Shown: positions 36,776 through 45,391 of the stretch, piece after piece
How the letters are laid out: every line of letters starts with the position of its first letter
Position numbering within the stretch: position 1 is the first letter of the stretch
Assembly (NCBI GenBank): GCA_934433485.1
Contig: CAKRZR010000008.1
Coordinates: 23,342-87,341 of the forward strand
Source: an uncultured Eubacteriales bacterium
GTDB taxonomy: Bacteria; Bacillota; Clostridia; Oscillospirales; CAG-272
Length of the DNA: 64,000 bases
Reading direction: 5' to 3'
Position numbers and translations under genes: made by a program
Notes under the pieces: model-generated
The model's database searches: none
Told to the model about the DNA's origin: nothing
Seen by the model: the letters and a program-made list of their open reading frames with translations, nothing else

Positions 36776-38088
36776 AGGACACGGAACGTACCAGAATCCT
36801 GCGGGAGAACTCTCCCCTATTGGACGCGTGCGCCGCTGTGTTTTTTGAGGATCACGCAGGAGACGACCTGCCGCGCGGCGCGGAGGATCGCGTACGCCGA
36901 CGGGTACACGCCGCCCTCTCGGACACGACAAAACCGCGCCGCCACTTGCGCCTGTCCCGCCTGATCGCACCGGTCGCCGCCTGTGCCATGATCGCCGCAG
37001 CGGGGATCACCACGTACGCCGTCAATCCGACCGTGCAGCATACGGTGCAGAACGCGGTGACGACGGTGGTGGAGGCGGTGAAAGCCGTGTTCACGAAGGA
37101 GGAGCTCCTCGTCGATCCGTACGCGGAGACCATCGATGCCGCCGAGGTAAGCGATACGGTGACGGTGACAGTCGAAAAGCTGGTGCGCGACTGGGAAAAA
37201 TCGCTTCTATACGTGCGTCTCCACCGGGACACGCCCTTTGACGGGGACATTTTGGTCTGCACGTCCCTCTCGGTCACGGACGCGGACGGCGCCGTTCTCT
37301 ATCGCCGGGTCACGACGGATTTCACAAAAGCGGCCCTTGCCGGGGATGTGCTGTGCGCGCTGACGGAGGGACAATGCGACGTGGAGCTGCGCCTCCCGGT
37401 ATCGTTCCCGTCGGGCGGGACCTACACACTCGCCATCGAGGGGCTGTGCACGATCACGGACGAGACGGTGCCGGGGGAGCCCGACAGTCTCCGGTTCGCG
37501 GTATCGGCGCCGTATTGTGACCGGGTGGAGGTCGCCTTTGATCTTGCCGCGCTGCCGGAGGAGGGACTGCCCGTGGCGCGCCTGTGCGAAAATCTTCCCT
37601 TTACCGTGGACGGCAGCGACTACATCCTCGTGCGGTGCGAAATGACGCCACTGTCGATGGAGCTTCTGCTCGCCGACACCTCCACGGATAGTAACGAGCC
37701 GGACACCGTGACGTACAACGGCTACACGTTCCGCACCCTCGAGCGGTTTCTGTATTTCCACGAGCCGTGGCTCTATCCGGAGGAGATGCGCGAAACGTAT
37801 CCGGACACGAAATCCCGGCGCGAGGCATATCTCCACACCGACGAGGGGCAGGCGGCACGGCTGTCGATCCGGGACCATATCGCCGTGCTTCTCTATGAGA
37901 CCACACACGGCACGCTCCACTACGCACACGGCAGCATCGCCTACGTCTACGAGGACGCGGAATACGACGGCGGCGCGGCGCTGCGGATACGCGCTGTCTT
38001 TGACGAGCCGTACAGCCCGACGGAGATACGCAGGCTCATCGTGCGCTGCGGTGGGGCAGATGTGGTGCTGTGGGAGAATGGGACGTAA
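36772..38088 (+). CDS. putative anti-sigma factor / single-pass membrane protein with a large extracytoplasmic domain
   Basis: ATGA start/stop overlap with the sigma gene. One TM (LIAPVAACAMIAAAGITTYAV) about 70 aa from the N-terminus. Function inferred from context. Confidence 0.7.
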   Translation: MKDTERTRILRENSPLLDACAAVFFEDHAGDDLPRGAEDRVRRRVHAALSDTTKPRRHLRLSRLIAPVAACAMIAAAGITTYAVNPTVQHTVQNAVTTVVEAVKAVFTKEELLVDPYAETIDAAEVSDTVTVTVEKLVRDWEKSLLYVRLHRDTPFDGDILVCTSLSVTDADGAVLYRRVTTDFTKAALAGDVLCALTEGQCDVELRLPVSFPSGGTYTLAIEGLCTITDETVPGEPDSLRFAVSAPYCDRVEVAFDLAALPEEGLPVARLCENLPFTVDGSDYILVRCEMTPLSMELLLADTSTDSNEPDTVTYNGYTFRTLERFLYFHEPWLYPEEMRETYPDTKSRREAYLHTDEGQAARLSIRDHIAVLLYETTHGTLHYAHGSIAYVYEDAEYDGGAALRIRAVFDEPYSPTEIRRLIVRCGGADVVLWENGT

Positions 38089-38105
38089 ATTTCATCACGC
38101 CCCCT

Positions 38106-38133
38106 TTACAACCGCCCCCTTTCATGCTATACT
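38106..38133 (+). promoter_or_regulatory. sigma-A type promoter of the DUF362 gene
   Basis: TTACAA (38106-38111), 16-bp spacer, extended -10 TGcTATACT (38125-38133). Confidence 0.55.
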
Positions 38134-38165
38134 ATCCTCAACCACATCACACAGGAGGCTACAGT

Positions 38166-39050
38166 ATGTCCAAATCTACCGTATATTTCACAAAATCGCT
38201 GACGCCGGAATCCGTTGTTTCCCTGTACCGGCGGCTGGGGATCGCGCTGCCCGGGCGCGTGGCGGTGAAGGTGCACTCCGGCGAAGAGGGCAACCAGAAC
38301 TATCTGCATCCGGCGTTCATGAAGCCGATGGTGGATGCGGTGTCCGGCACGATCGTGGAGTGCAACACGGCGTACGGCGGCGCGCGTAACACGACGGAAA
38401 AGCACCGGGCGCTGCTCAAGAACCATGGCTGGTCGGAGGTATTCCCGGTCGATCTCCTCGACGCGGAGGGTCCGGACGCGGTGCTGCCGGTGAAAAACGG
38501 CAAGGTGCTCCATGAAAACTACGTCGGCAAGAACCTGCTCACCTACGATTCCCTGCTCGTGCTGTCCCACTTCAAGGGGCACCCGATGGGTGGCTACGGC
38601 GGCGCGCTGAAGCAGCTGTCGATCGGCTGCGCGTCCTCGGACGGCAAGGTGTGGATCCACTCCGGCGGCACGTGGAAAACGCAGGACGGTCTCTGGAGCC
38701 ACACATGCGAGCAGGACACGTTCCTCGCGGCAATGGCGGATGCGGCAAGCTCCGTCACCGATCTGTTCGCGGGCAAGGCGGCGTACGTGAACATGGTGTG
38801 CAATCTCTCCGTGGACTGCGACTGCTGCGCGGTAGCGGAGGATCCCTGCATGCGCGACATCGGCATTCTCGCCTCCACCGACCCGGTTGCCCTCGACCGC
38901 GCCTGCCTCGATCTCATCGAAAGCTCCGACGATCCCGGCCGCGACCACTTTATGGAACGCGTCAACTCCCGCCACGGTCAGCTCACGATCGACTTTGCCG
39001 CCGAACTGGGAATTGGCTCGGTCGAATATAATTTAGTAAACGTAGACTGA
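38166..39050 (+). CDS. DUF362 domain-containing protein
   Basis: AGGAGG RBS. MSKSTVYFT...VAVKVHSGEEGNQNYLHPAF...ECNTAYGG pattern is typical of DUF362 proteins. Confidence 0.8.
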   Translation: MSKSTVYFTKSLTPESVVSLYRRLGIALPGRVAVKVHSGEEGNQNYLHPAFMKPMVDAVSGTIVECNTAYGGARNTTEKHRALLKNHGWSEVFPVDLLDAEGPDAVLPVKNGKVLHENYVGKNLLTYDSLLVLSHFKGHPMGGYGGALKQLSIGCASSDGKVWIHSGGTWKTQDGLWSHTCEQDTFLAAMADAASSVTDLFAGKAAYVNMVCNLSVDCDCCAVAEDPCMRDIGILASTDPVALDRACLDLIESSDDPGRDHFMERVNSRHGQLTIDFAAELGIGSVEYNLVNVD

Positions 39051-39055
39051 TCGGA

Positions 39056-39292
39056 TGGGGAACGCGGGGGGATACGCGGCTTCTTGTGAAGATGGAAGAA
39101 TGCGGTAGCATTCTCCCAGCCTGGCAAGAACTTTTATTAGGGATGGGTATGGATATAGTTTGTGCAAGTCCGATTGCTCACCAATTTTGCTCCGTCCAAA
39201 TCATCAGAAAATCGTCCGCGAGCGGCTCACGTGAGTTTAGCTGAGCCAATGCAATTGGCTTCCTAAACTCCCGCATCCGCACACTACGGCGA
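39056..39292 (+). repeat. modular intergenic repeat, copy 6 (flank, hairpin, box, core, module C)
   Basis: GGGGAACGCGGGG flank. GAAGAATGC-GGTA-GCATTCTC hairpin. GGCAAGAACTTTTATTAGGG box. GGATATAGTTTGTGCAAGTCCGATTGCTCACCAA core. GAGCCAATGCAATTGGCTTC module C. Confidence 0.9.
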
Positions 39293-39409
39293 GGTACTGC
39301 GGTCGATAGGTTGCTATGGTTTTTGACCTTTGCAGCTTTGTAATGCAGTGCACTTCTCACTCCTCACTGAAAAAAGCGTCTCTTTTTTTGGAGAAACGCT
39401 TTTTTTCTG

Positions 39410-40141
39410 TTAAAACTGTATGTCCGCCCAGACCGGCAGGTGGTCGCTGGCGGATTCCGGTCCGATTCCGTGACGGCGCAGGGACACCTTGTCGTTCAGG
39501 AAAATATAGTCGATGCGGATGTGTGGGCGATCGGTCGGGAACGTGCATTTTTGAAAATCGCCGACGGAACGGTAATCGCGCCGCAGCCGCCACAGAATCC
39601 CCTCGTCCGGCGTGGAATTGAAGTCGCCGAGCAGGACGGTCGGATTTGTCTCCGTTTCCAGCAATTTCCGGCAGAGCGCGGCGGCGTTTTCTCTCTCCGA
39701 CAGCGACAGTCCGAAATGCGTGGCAAGCACGGTCAGGTGCTTATCCCCGGCGAAATCAAACGTGCAGCGCAGGACGGAACGGCTCTCCACGCCGGCAGGC
39801 ACCTTGCCGTCCACGATGGGATCCGGGATCGGGATCACCTCGGAGGTCGCGATCGGATAACGGGAGACCAGCCCATTGCCGTACGGCTCCGTGCCGCCGA
39901 CGTAAATCGAGCGCCCGAATACGTGGTGATAGCCGAGGTACCCGCCGATCGCGTCCGCCTGCGCCGTGTATCCCGCCGTCAGACCCGCGCCGCGCACCTC
40001 GTTCAACCCGCAGATGTCCGCGCCGATGTGCCGGATCGTCCCTGCCGTTTTCGCGAGATCGATCACCTCCCCCTGCTTTGCAAGATGCAGCGCGTAGTCC
40101 ATCCCGTGCAGGATGTTGTAGGTCATAATGCGAAGCTCCAT
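39410..40141 (-). CDS. endonuclease/exonuclease/phosphatase (EEP) family protein
   Basis: MTYNILHG N-terminus. LNEV, GDFN and SDHLPV catalytic motifs. Confidence 0.9.
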   Translation of the reverse strand: MELRIMTYNILHGMDYALHLAKQGEVIDLAKTAGTIRHIGADICGLNEVRGAGLTAGYTAQADAIGGYLGYHHVFGRSIYVGGTEPYGNGLVSRYPIATSEVIPIPDPIVDGKVPAGVESRSVLRCTFDFAGDKHLTVLATHFGLSLSERENAAALCRKLLETETNPTVLLGDFNSTPDEGILWRLRRDYRSVGDFQKCTFPTDRPHIRIDYIFLNDKVSLRRHGIGPESASDHLPVWADIQF

Positions 40142-40174
40142 ATCATTGTCCTTTCTATAGCGATAATAGGTTTT

Positions 40175-40580
40175 TCGCGGGGAGAACTTTTTGAAAAAAG
40201 TCCTCCCCGCACCCCTCTCAAAAACTTTTGTACAATAGATGATACCTTACAGAACAGCAGGAAACCAAGAGGAACAGATCAACATCCAAAGCAGCCAGAA
40301 AACCAAATGCCAAAGCCATTAATGAACGACAGCAATCGCAAACCGTAGAGTGCGGATGACGGAGTTTAGCAAGCCAATTGCATTGGCTCAGCTAAACTCA
40401 CGTCAGCCGCTCGCGAACAGTCTCCATCGGGCCAAGGACGGAACCAACTTGATGAGCAGTCGGACTTGCACAAACAAAATCCATCACCAATCCCTCATAA
40501 AAGTTCTTACCAGGCTGGGAGAATGCTACCGCATTCTTCCATCTTCACAAGAAGCCGCGTTCCCCTCGTTCCCCTATTCC
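40175..40580 (-). repeat. modular intergenic repeat, copy 7: full ~400-bp composite
   Basis: Same order as copy 2. Hairpin GCGGGGAGAACTTTTT-G-AAAAAAGTCCTCCCCGC plus CTCAAAAACTTTTGTACA, unique spacer, module C (AAGCCAATTGCATTGGCTC), core GAGCAGTCGGACTTGCACAAAC, box, GAGAATGC-TACC-GCATTCTTC, G-rich flank. Confidence 0.9.
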
Positions 40581-40584
40581 ACAG

Positions 40585-42462
40585 TCATAAGGTAACAATA
40601 GCCGTCTCGCCGTAGGAGCAGACCGCGAGAACCGCGCCGCCTGCGTCTGTGACGGTGCATTTGCCGCCGCGGCAGTCGATGGAGAATACGCCGCCGTGGG
40701 CGTGGATGTGCGACAGCGTCAGATGATCGAGGGCGGATGGAATGTGCGGCGTCACCGAGAACCGGCGGAACCCGAGCGGCTCGATGCCCAGCATTCCCTC
40801 CACGAAAATCTTGCAGTACAGCGCGGATTCCCCGGACAGGTGCCGCTTTCCGCCTTCCGGATACGCTTCCACGGGATACGGCACCCGCTCGCCGAGCAGC
40901 CGGTTCTCACTGTACGCGCGCAGCACCCGGAACGCCTCGTCCATGTGTCCCGCCGCAAACAGACCGCGCACCGCGTACAGCATGGAGCGATCCCACATCG
41001 TCTCGTTTGCTTCAGAGGTCAGCATCCCGTCCGCGCGCAGCAGATACGACGAGGTCAGCGCCGCCGCCGTACCGTCCGCCCGGTCGAAAATGCGCATGCA
41101 CAGCGGCATACAGATCCACGACCGCAGCTCGTCCAGTCCCTCGTGATAGCGGTACGTCTCCATCCCATGGATGCTTGCGCCGAATACCCGCTCGATCGCC
41201 TGATGCAGCGCCGCCGCCTCTGTCCGACAAAGTGCCGCCGTCTCGGAGTCGCCCAGCTCCTCCGCCAGAATCGCGCAGTACAGCAGCCCGCTGTGACAGA
41301 GTGAGGACGTGTTCAGATTCGTCGCACCGTGCGAGAACCGTCCCTCCAGCTCGTCCGCGTCCGACGCGATCACGCCGTCCGCGGTCTTTTGGCGCAGACA
41401 GTATGCGAGGCACCACCGGATCGCCGGATAGAACGCGCGCGCCGTCTCGGGATCGCCGCAGGTCAGGAAAAACCGGCTCGCACCGTAGAGATACATCGCG
41501 GCGTCCCCACGATCTCCCGCGCCGTTCCAATAGTCCAGTCCCTCCGCGATCACGGACGACGGAATCGGCGCGTAGCTGTCGCTCATGAACGGAATATACA
41601 TTTTGTACGCGTTGCGGCTGGCGTCGAGCAGTGCTTCGTCCCCGGTGTACGCGAAATACGGTCCCGCGTATTCCACCTCATCGTTGCACCACGTCGCCGC
41701 GTAGTAGTTGTAGCCGCCGGGGGAATGGAGCTTCCCGTACCGCGTGTCGAATACGGATTCTCCCGCGCGCACCTTGGCAAACGTGAACAGCGTATCCAGC
41801 ACCGCGTCTCCGGTGTCGATCGCCATCGGCTCGGTCAGCGCACGGATCCGGGCAAGACGCGCGGCAAGCTCGCAGTCGGCATGGCACTCCGGCGTTTCCT
41901 CATGCGCGACCCTGCCGGAAAACTGCACGACGATCCGCGTTACATCGCCCGGCGCCATCGTGATCGTACCGGGGAAATCGTGCGTGATCTCGGCGACGTT
42001 TACCCCCATCGGACCCATTTCCTCCGCGACGGTGCGCCTGGCGGGCGTATCTGTGGACAGCGTGACGTTTCCTGCACCGTCGTTTGTGATCCGCAGCACC
42101 TCAAAGCACGCGCGCGCCGTCGACGCCGGATAGCACGTACGGTGGATCTGCAGCGGTCCCGCGACCGAGGTGATGTGCAGAATCCCGTCTATGCGGAACT
42201 GCACCGGTGTCTCGACAAGTGCTGTGCCGTCGCAGTACAGGGCGATCCCCGCCGGCATATCCATCTGCCACGACGCGTGCGTATTGTTCGGACGCGCCCG
42301 CAGCGTCGGGAACACGGGATGGTGCGTCAGAAGAAGCGTACCGTCCTCACGCTTTCCGTATTTTACGGTATCCGAGCAGCCAAAGCCCGCCATTTCAAGA
42401 TCATCGGTATGGCAGTCCTTCGGCGTCCATGTGATCGCTTTACTGGATAGGTTCCATCTCAT
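40585..42462 (-). CDS. putative six-hairpin (alpha/alpha)6 glycoside hydrolase-like protein (family not assigned)
   Basis: 625 aa. N-terminal beta domain, then a helix-rich C-terminal half with acidic/aromatic motifs (WCNDEVEYAGPYF, DYWNGAGDRGDAAMYLYG). No signal peptide. Assignment tentative. Confidence 0.7.
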   Translation of the reverse strand: MRWNLSSKAITWTPKDCHTDDLEMAGFGCSDTVKYGKREDGTLLLTHHPVFPTLRARPNNTHASWQMDMPAGIALYCDGTALVETPVQFRIDGILHITSVAGPLQIHRTCYPASTARACFEVLRITNDGAGNVTLSTDTPARRTVAEEMGPMGVNVAEITHDFPGTITMAPGDVTRIVVQFSGRVAHEETPECHADCELAARLARIRALTEPMAIDTGDAVLDTLFTFAKVRAGESVFDTRYGKLHSPGGYNYYAATWCNDEVEYAGPYFAYTGDEALLDASRNAYKMYIPFMSDSYAPIPSSVIAEGLDYWNGAGDRGDAAMYLYGASRFFLTCGDPETARAFYPAIRWCLAYCLRQKTADGVIASDADELEGRFSHGATNLNTSSLCHSGLLYCAILAEELGDSETAALCRTEAAALHQAIERVFGASIHGMETYRYHEGLDELRSWICMPLCMRIFDRADGTAAALTSSYLLRADGMLTSEANETMWDRSMLYAVRGLFAAGHMDEAFRVLRAYSENRLLGERVPYPVEAYPEGGKRHLSGESALYCKIFVEGMLGIEPLGFRRFSVTPHIPSALDHLTLSHIHAHGGVFSIDCRGGKCTVTDAGGAVLAVCSYGETAIVTL

Positions 42463-42499
42463 ATTCTGTGAGTCCTTTCTTGTTTAATGTATATTCAGC

Positions 42500-42612
42500 G
42501 GGATTCGCGGGGGAGGGTACTTTTTGAAAAAAGCACTCTCCCCCGCACCCCCACCCTCAAAAACTTTTATAAAAAAGGGGTGCACGGAGAACTTTTTGTT
42601 CTCAAAATCCAA
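42500..42612. repeat. modular intergenic repeat, copy 8 (hairpin plus box units only, no core)
   Basis: GCGGGGGAGGGTACTTTTT-G-AAAAAAGCACTCTCCCCCGC hairpin. CTCAAAAACTTTTATAAAAAAGGGG box. Second small hairpin GAGAAC-TTTTT-GTTCTC. Confidence 0.8.
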
Positions 42613-42650
42613 TCGAGCGCACGCTTTTTTTGGTGTTTTTTCCGCATTTA

Positions 42651-44027
42651 TCATTTCTCGTCTTTGAGCAGGCGCAGCTCGCCGATGGTGATGGGCAGCG
42701 CCAACGCGAACGAGAGCACGTCGGCTACCGGCTGGGACAGGATGAGCCCGTTCAGGTCAAACAGAGCGGGCAGGACGAGGACGGCGGGGATAAACATCAG
42801 TCCCTGCCTTGCCATAGCGAGCAGCGACGCTTTGCCGACCTTGCCGATGGTCTGGGTCATCATATTGGACATGATCACCAGCGCGGACAGCGGGAACGCG
42901 ACGCACTGGCAGCGCAGCGCGAAGGTGCCGATCTCGATCACCGTGGGGTCGGATTTCTGGAACAGTCCGACAATCTGCCCGGAGAGCGCGAAGACGGCAA
43001 CGGCGAGTACAACCAGAAAGATGGTGGCGTATTTGACGCAGAAGAGGTACGCACGCTTCACTCTGCCGTAGAGATGCGCACCGTAATTGAAGCCGCAAAC
43101 CGGCTGGAAGCCCTGTCCGAACCCGATCACGGCGGAGGAGGCGAACATCATGATGCGCGAAACGATGCTGATCGCGGCAATGGCGGCGTCCCCGTAGCCC
43201 TTCGCGACGGTATTGAGAACGATGGTGGACACGCTGTTCAGTCCCTGGCGGCAAAGCGAGGGAGTACCGCCGTTTATGATATTTTTGAGATAATGCGCGT
43301 TCGGCTTGTAGTTGCGAAAGTGGATCTTCAGGCTGTCGCTGCACTGCACGCCGATAAACAGGAGCACAAAGCTGACAAACTGGCTGAGAATGGTGGCAAA
43401 CGCGGCGCCGGTCACGCCCATGTCCAGTCCAAAGATGAAAAGCGGGTCCAGCGCGAGGTTGAGCACACCGCCTGCGGTCAGCCCGATCATGGCAAAAAAG
43501 GCGTTTGACTGGAAACGGAGCTGATTGTTGAGCACCAGAGAAGCGCACATATACGGCGCGCCGATGAGGATCACACGCAGATAATCAACGGCATAGGGCA
43601 GGATGGTATCCGTAGAGCCGAGGAGCCTGGCAAGCGGACGGAGGAAGCAAAGACCGGCGGCAAGGATGACAAGCCCGGCGATAAAGGAGGAGAAAAAGCC
43701 GGTCGCCGCCATCTCCTCCGCGCCCTTTACGTTCTTTTTGCCCAGCTCGCGGGATATGTAGTTGCCGGAGCCATGCCCGAAGAAAAAGCCTACTGCCTGG
43801 ATGATCGCCATGAGGGAAAACGCCACGCCAACCGCCCCGGTCGCGCTGGTATTCTCCAGCTTCGCGATAAAAAATGTATCCGCCATATTGTAAAAGCTCG
43901 TGATGAGCATACTGACGATGGTAGGCGCGGCAAGCTGGCAGATGAGCTTTTCCGGCGGCTCCGTCGTCATACGGCGCTGTTTTTCCGCCTGTTGTTTTTC
44001 TGCATCGGTTTCTGTGATATGCGGCAT
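42651..44027 (-). CDS. MATE family efflux transporter
   Basis: 458 aa, 12-TM pattern. N-terminal LICQLAAPTIVSMLITSFYNMADTFFI is typical of MATE/NorM-like proteins. AAAGGAG RBS 7 nt before ATG 44027. Confidence 0.92.
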   Translation of the reverse strand: MPHITETDAEKQQAEKQRRMTTEPPEKLICQLAAPTIVSMLITSFYNMADTFFIAKLENTSATGAVGVAFSLMAIIQAVGFFFGHGSGNYISRELGKKNVKGAEEMAATGFFSSFIAGLVILAAGLCFLRPLARLLGSTDTILPYAVDYLRVILIGAPYMCASLVLNNQLRFQSNAFFAMIGLTAGGVLNLALDPLFIFGLDMGVTGAAFATILSQFVSFVLLFIGVQCSDSLKIHFRNYKPNAHYLKNIINGGTPSLCRQGLNSVSTIVLNTVAKGYGDAAIAAISIVSRIMMFASSAVIGFGQGFQPVCGFNYGAHLYGRVKRAYLFCVKYATIFLVVLAVAVFALSGQIVGLFQKSDPTVIEIGTFALRCQCVAFPLSALVIMSNMMTQTIGKVGKASLLAMARQGLMFIPAVLVLPALFDLNGLILSQPVADVLSFALALPITIGELRLLKDEK

Positions 44028-44246
44028 AAGTACTCCTTTGTTCTCCCGTGACCTGTCCTGGGGCCTTTTTCTCGGACGTTCGTCCGAGGGTCTTGAATAT
44101 GCAGCTTTCCGCTGCGGGGATTGTATCGGACGTTTGTCCGATGTCCTGTATATGCAACGGCTCGGTGCGGTTGTTTCTGGTTTTCTCGTTTATTTGGCTG
44201 GGATTCTGTTTATGCAACTGTACCGTTGCGACAGCCGCAGATCTTC

Positions 44247-44404
44247 GCGGGGGCGGTCAGAGAGAAAGGGTCACTATCACTAACGTGATAGTGCGGATTA
44301 GCGAATCTCTCCCTATCTCTCCGACACCTCTCAACGGAACCACGCTTGCGTGGTTCCGGGGTGTTAGGGTGGAGTCCCGAGGATGCGTTCTTTGGTGCCC
44401 CCGC
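44247..44404. other. unassigned nested-hairpin element (possible structured RNA or protein-binding DNA)
   Basis: Closing stem GCGGGGGC (44247-44254) / GCCCCCGC (44397-44404). It encloses GAGAGAAAGGG/CCCTATCTCTC, CACTATCAC-TAAC-GTGATAGTG (44272-44293) and GGAACCACG-CTTG-CGTGGTTCC (44336-44357). Strand and function unknown. Confidence 0.35.
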
Positions 44405-44726
44405 AAGGAGCAATAAAATCTACACGCACGATGTGGTATTCCTCATTGGTGAAACCAATACATACGTCCCAAGCAAAAACGCAGCTTTCCTTATAAAAAA
44501 GCCAAGCGACGCAGTCAAATCAAGTAAAAGCAAGCCCGCAGGTCAGATTCCCAAACAAGTTTGGGACCGGGATACATCCCGGGAAAGAGCGCGCACGAGG
44601 CAAGCCTCGTACTAATTATGCCACATTTCCCCACAAATTGCAACCCAATTTCCGCAATATGTCATATTGCACAAAATGCGCTGTGACTTTTCGGCGATTT
44701 TGTCGACAGAAAATTCCGCAAACCCC

Positions 44727-44756
44727 TTGACAATTGAGCGTGCTTTCAAGTATAAT
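44727..44756 (+). promoter_or_regulatory. sigma-A promoter of the HMA / P1B-ATPase genes
   Basis: TTGACA (44727-44732), 18-bp spacer, TATAAT (44751-44756). Confidence 0.65.
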
Positions 44757-44803
44757 AGTACCAGAACGATTGAATGCGTTTTCAAATGAAAGGACTTACA
44801 ACT

Positions 44804-45025
44804 ATGAGAAAAGAGTATATCTTAGAAAACCTTGACTGCCCGAACTGCGCCGCAAAAATCGAGCGCACCGTTGCCGCCATCGACGGCGTACAGGCCTGCA
44901 CCGTCAGCTTCCTGACCACCAAGCTGGTTCTCGAAGCCGAGGAAGCCGACATTCCCGCAATCGAAAAGGCAGCCAAAAAGCAGATCCGCCGCATCGAGCC
45001 GGACACAAATCTCGTCGCCTGCTGA
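44804..45025 (+). CDS. stand-alone heavy-metal-associated (HMA) domain protein, CadA-N-terminus-like
   Basis: GAAAGGA RBS. MRKEYILENLDCPNCAAKIE carries the L-D-C-x-x-C-A metal motif typical of the N-terminal domain of Cd/Zn P1B ATPases. 73 aa. Confidence 0.85.
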   Translation: MRKEYILENLDCPNCAAKIERTVAAIDGVQACTVSFLTTKLVLEAEEADIPAIEKAAKKQIRRIEPDTNLVAC

Positions 45026-45361
45026 GGGGAACGGGGAACGCGGGGATACGGTCGCTTATAAACCAATGAATCCAGGGATTCATTGCGCTCCGCAAAACTT
45101 TTGTGAAAAGGGGACTGGATATCGTTTGTGCAAGTCGGAAACAAAGCTTGGCTGAAATCAGTTTGGTATCACGCTGGATAGTTGCGAATACTGCCTATCG
45201 TAAGGGGTAGTATGGCTTTACCGCTTGTAGTAGTCGATGAACGTTCCTAACGGCACGAACCGTCCAGTTCCTCACAGACCTGCACAGACACCTACCTATT
45301 TATATATAGTTTTTTGGAAAGGGGCGCGGGGAAGACTTTTTTCCAAAAAAAGTTTTTCCCG
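45026..45361 (+). repeat. modular intergenic repeat, copy 9: ~340-bp composite between the HMA ORF and the ATPase core
   Basis: Starts right after the TGA stop. GGGGAACGGGGAACGCGGGG flank. Palindrome CAATGAATCC-AG-GGATTCATTG (45064-45085). GCAAAACTTTTGTGAAAAGGGG box. GGATATCGTTTGTGCAAGTCGG core. Unique spacer. Inverted end TATAGTTTTTTGGAAAGGGGCGCGGGGAAGACTTTTTT...TTTTTCCCGC. Confidence 0.9.
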
Positions 45362-45391
45362 CATCATCATCCCACAAGAAAGAGGCATACT

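Noticed and set aside
44028-44250. Guanidine-I (ykkC) riboswitch upstream of the MATE gene
   Set aside because: Only short resemblances exist (GUCCGAGA, ACGGGAGA). The conserved CUAGGGUUCCG segment and the overall two-helix architecture are absent.
44364-44382. T-box-like string TTAGGGTGGAGTCCCGAGG on the plus strand
   Set aside because: It lacks the ACCGCG half of the T-box, a Stem I/F-box context and a following terminator. It also lies upstream of the promoter of the next plus-strand gene. The real T-box is at 52520-52815 on the minus strand.
44240-44620. tmRNA, RNase P RNA or SRP RNA in the MATE-HMA spacer
   Set aside because: I looked for GAGGAAAGUCC (the P4 strand of RNase P), a tRNA-like acceptor/T-arm with CCA end and an ...LAA tag reading frame (tmRNA), and the GGAA-loop domain IV motif (SRP). 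None is present.
45314-45391. Upstream extension of the ATPase ORF (MERGAGKTFFQKKFF...)
   Set aside because: Most of it translates the inverted end-hairpin of repeat copy 9. A good RBS precedes ATG 45392. The last 10 codons (HHHPTRKRHT) are noted separately as a possible relic of the linker.
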